Shown here: positions 33,804-35,502 of the stretch, one piece after another
Layout of the letters: each line of letters begins with the position of its first letter
How positions within the stretch are numbered: the first letter of the stretch is position 1
Notes under the pieces: model-generated
Database searches by the model: none
The model's input: the letters and a program-made list of their open reading frames with translations, nothing else
Told to the model about the DNA's origin: nothing
Position numbers and translations under genes: made by a program
NCBI GenBank assembly: GCA_000934665.2
Contig: JYFJ02004023.1
Coordinates: 1 to 35,502 of the forward strand
Origin: Catajapyx aquilonaris
Taxonomy: Eukaryota
Direction of reading: 5' to 3'
Length of the DNA stretch: 35,502 nt

Positions 33804-34012
33804 CAGGGTGTCTCAACTTTTTTGTCCGATCAGTTATCGGAAAAGCCTATGTATCTTCTAACTATGTAGCCATAATATGCCCCAACATTCCTGGAACATC
33901 CCTCAACAGTTGAGGGATGTGCCAGAAATGTTGGGGAATATTCTGGCTACATACCTAGAAGATACATAGGCTTTTCTGATAACTGATCGGACAAAAAAGT
34001 TGAGCCACCCTG
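33804..34012. mobile_element. Fully palindromic mariner-like MITE (209 bp), TA TSD
   Basis: TA-CAGGGTGTCTCAACTTTTTTGTCCGATCAG...CTGATCGGACAAAAAAGTTGAGCCACCCTG-TA, with centre CCCTCAAC-A-GTTGAGGG. Confidence 0.95.
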
Positions 34013-34298
34013 TATACTCAATGGGGAAGGCCTTAGAAGCAAAACACCCTCGGGTCACGAAGGTTTTCGTCTGGAGCATCACGCCGGGTCACCCGCTGTT
34101 CAAAGCTTGCAAATTGATGCCATATATATAGTTACAATACCAACTAACCAGAAGGTTCAGGTCCATTTTGTATTGCATGGCTGCTCACAGATACGAAGTA
34201 TGTTTAGCCATAACTTGAAGAAATACGCCAGATATCAGGTTTGGGGAAGGAAGAAATAACCCCGGAAATCCGGTGTTTACGTTCACAATAATCCAGAG

Positions 34299-34605
34299 CA
34301 GAGGTTCCCAAACTTTTCGAGTCGCGGAGCACTTTTCAGGAGAGATATTCGTGATGGAGCACTATCATCATCGAGCCGCATAAGCAGAAAAAATTCTGGG
34401 GCGGAGGGGGGAGGAGGCAGCGTCAAATGAGTAAATGGGAAGGTCATGGCGAAAGGGCGCCGCAGGCGAAAATTTTTTGGGTTCAAGGTCACACAAGCTA
34501 CTGAGAGATTTGAATGGGTATAGCTTATTGAAGAATTGCTTTTTTTCCCAACCTCTTCGCGGAGCACTTGGAGAAGCTTCGTGGAGCACAGTTTGGGAAC
34601 CTCTG
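34299..34605. mobile_element. hAT (Charlie/Buster-like) MITE (307 bp), 8-bp TSD
   Basis: TIR CAGAGGTTCCCAAAC / GTTTGGGAACCTCTG. Perfect TSD ATCCAGAG at 34291-34298 and 34606-34613. Subterminal CGYGGAGCAC repeats. Confidence 0.96.
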
Positions 34606-35090
34606 ATCCAGAGTGTTCCAAACCCTCCCTTCCTAATGGTTTGCAAAATATTTGCTAATCAGCTACTTGTATAGGGGATCACTAAAAAGTTCCGCTTGTA
34701 TATCGTGTGGAATTGGCGCATTCATTTGATCAATTGTGAAGGCATGTAAAAATGTACCGTATTCAAACTTTTCCCAGTGAATTTCAAGGAAATTCATTGC
34801 AATATAGGGTGTAATATTATATTAATTAATAGTTCTGACAAGAGAATGTTTGAAAGTGACTGCTTAATGAGCAGCCTACTGCGAATAAATAGCTAACTAA
34901 AACAAACACTTGTGAATTGGGAACAATATTGTACTGTATTACAAATTGATAGTAATTCAGAGAATACCAATAGTAATTAGTTTCTCCTAGCGTCAAGTTA
35001 TTTGGAGGCACATGGTATCATGAGGAAAATCATTGCCGTCGAAGTTTTCAAGTAGGCTACTGTACCTACTAGAACTTGTATAGGCTACTA

Positions 35091-35406
35091 CAGGGTGACC
35101 CTAAAGTCTGGATCTAGGTAATTGAATTGCAATGTTGATGTCCGGTTGTCCCAACTGGCTGGTTGTCAAGTAACAGGTTGTTGACAGTAAAGGTTGAGTT
35201 TTTGGAGGATAAGGTATGTTATAATTAGTAGTTTTAATTATTATGTCCTCATGAGTAATATTATTGTTTTATTAGGATTTTAAAGGCCGCCTGGCTAATG
35301 ACAACTTTCATTGACTGACTGTCAACACGCGCCATTTGGCATAACTGGCAACCAACAATGCAATAAATGCAATCATTACCTGTGTCCAGACTTGAGGGCC
35401 ACCCTG
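35091..35406. mobile_element. Mariner-like MITE (316 bp), TA TSD
   Basis: TA-CAGGGTGACCCTAAAGTCTGGA...TCCAGACTTGAGGGCCACCCTG-TA, with internal GTTGTCA / TGACAAC repeats. Confidence 0.88.
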
Positions 35407-35502
35407 TACAGTGCTGGACACAATAGCATATAACAAGTGTAAACAACGACTTTGGCGTTACCTGGCAACTGGTCGTGTTCGGACATCGTCATGTGGAGAG
35501 TG

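Overview
Repeat-dense eukaryotic DNA, almost certainly arthropod. The only host gene I can support is a 3-exon, 164-aa RR-1 (Rebers-Riddiford) cuticular protein on the minus strand (17094-16247), with a TATA box and an arthropod initiator. The rest is layered transposable-element debris: many TA-flanked CAGGGTG/CAGT-ended MITEs, two copies of a mariner foldback built from two transposase 3' ends, hAT, piggyBac-type and Sola-type elements with intact TSDs, two clear solo LTRs, three tRNA-derived SINEs, and decayed coding fragments of a LINE, an ISL2EU/Harbinger transposase, a Sola-like transposase and a possible CRE-clade RT. I see no prokaryotic features, CRISPR array or intact RNA gene, and no convincing new multi-gene system. 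The most interesting signals are structural: MITEs sitting at the exact centre of palindromes, isolated perfect hairpins with 2-3 nt loops, SINEs with different heads sharing a core and tail, and a composite insert flanked by a ~20-bp duplication. All family assignments come from motif recognition by eye, not database searches.
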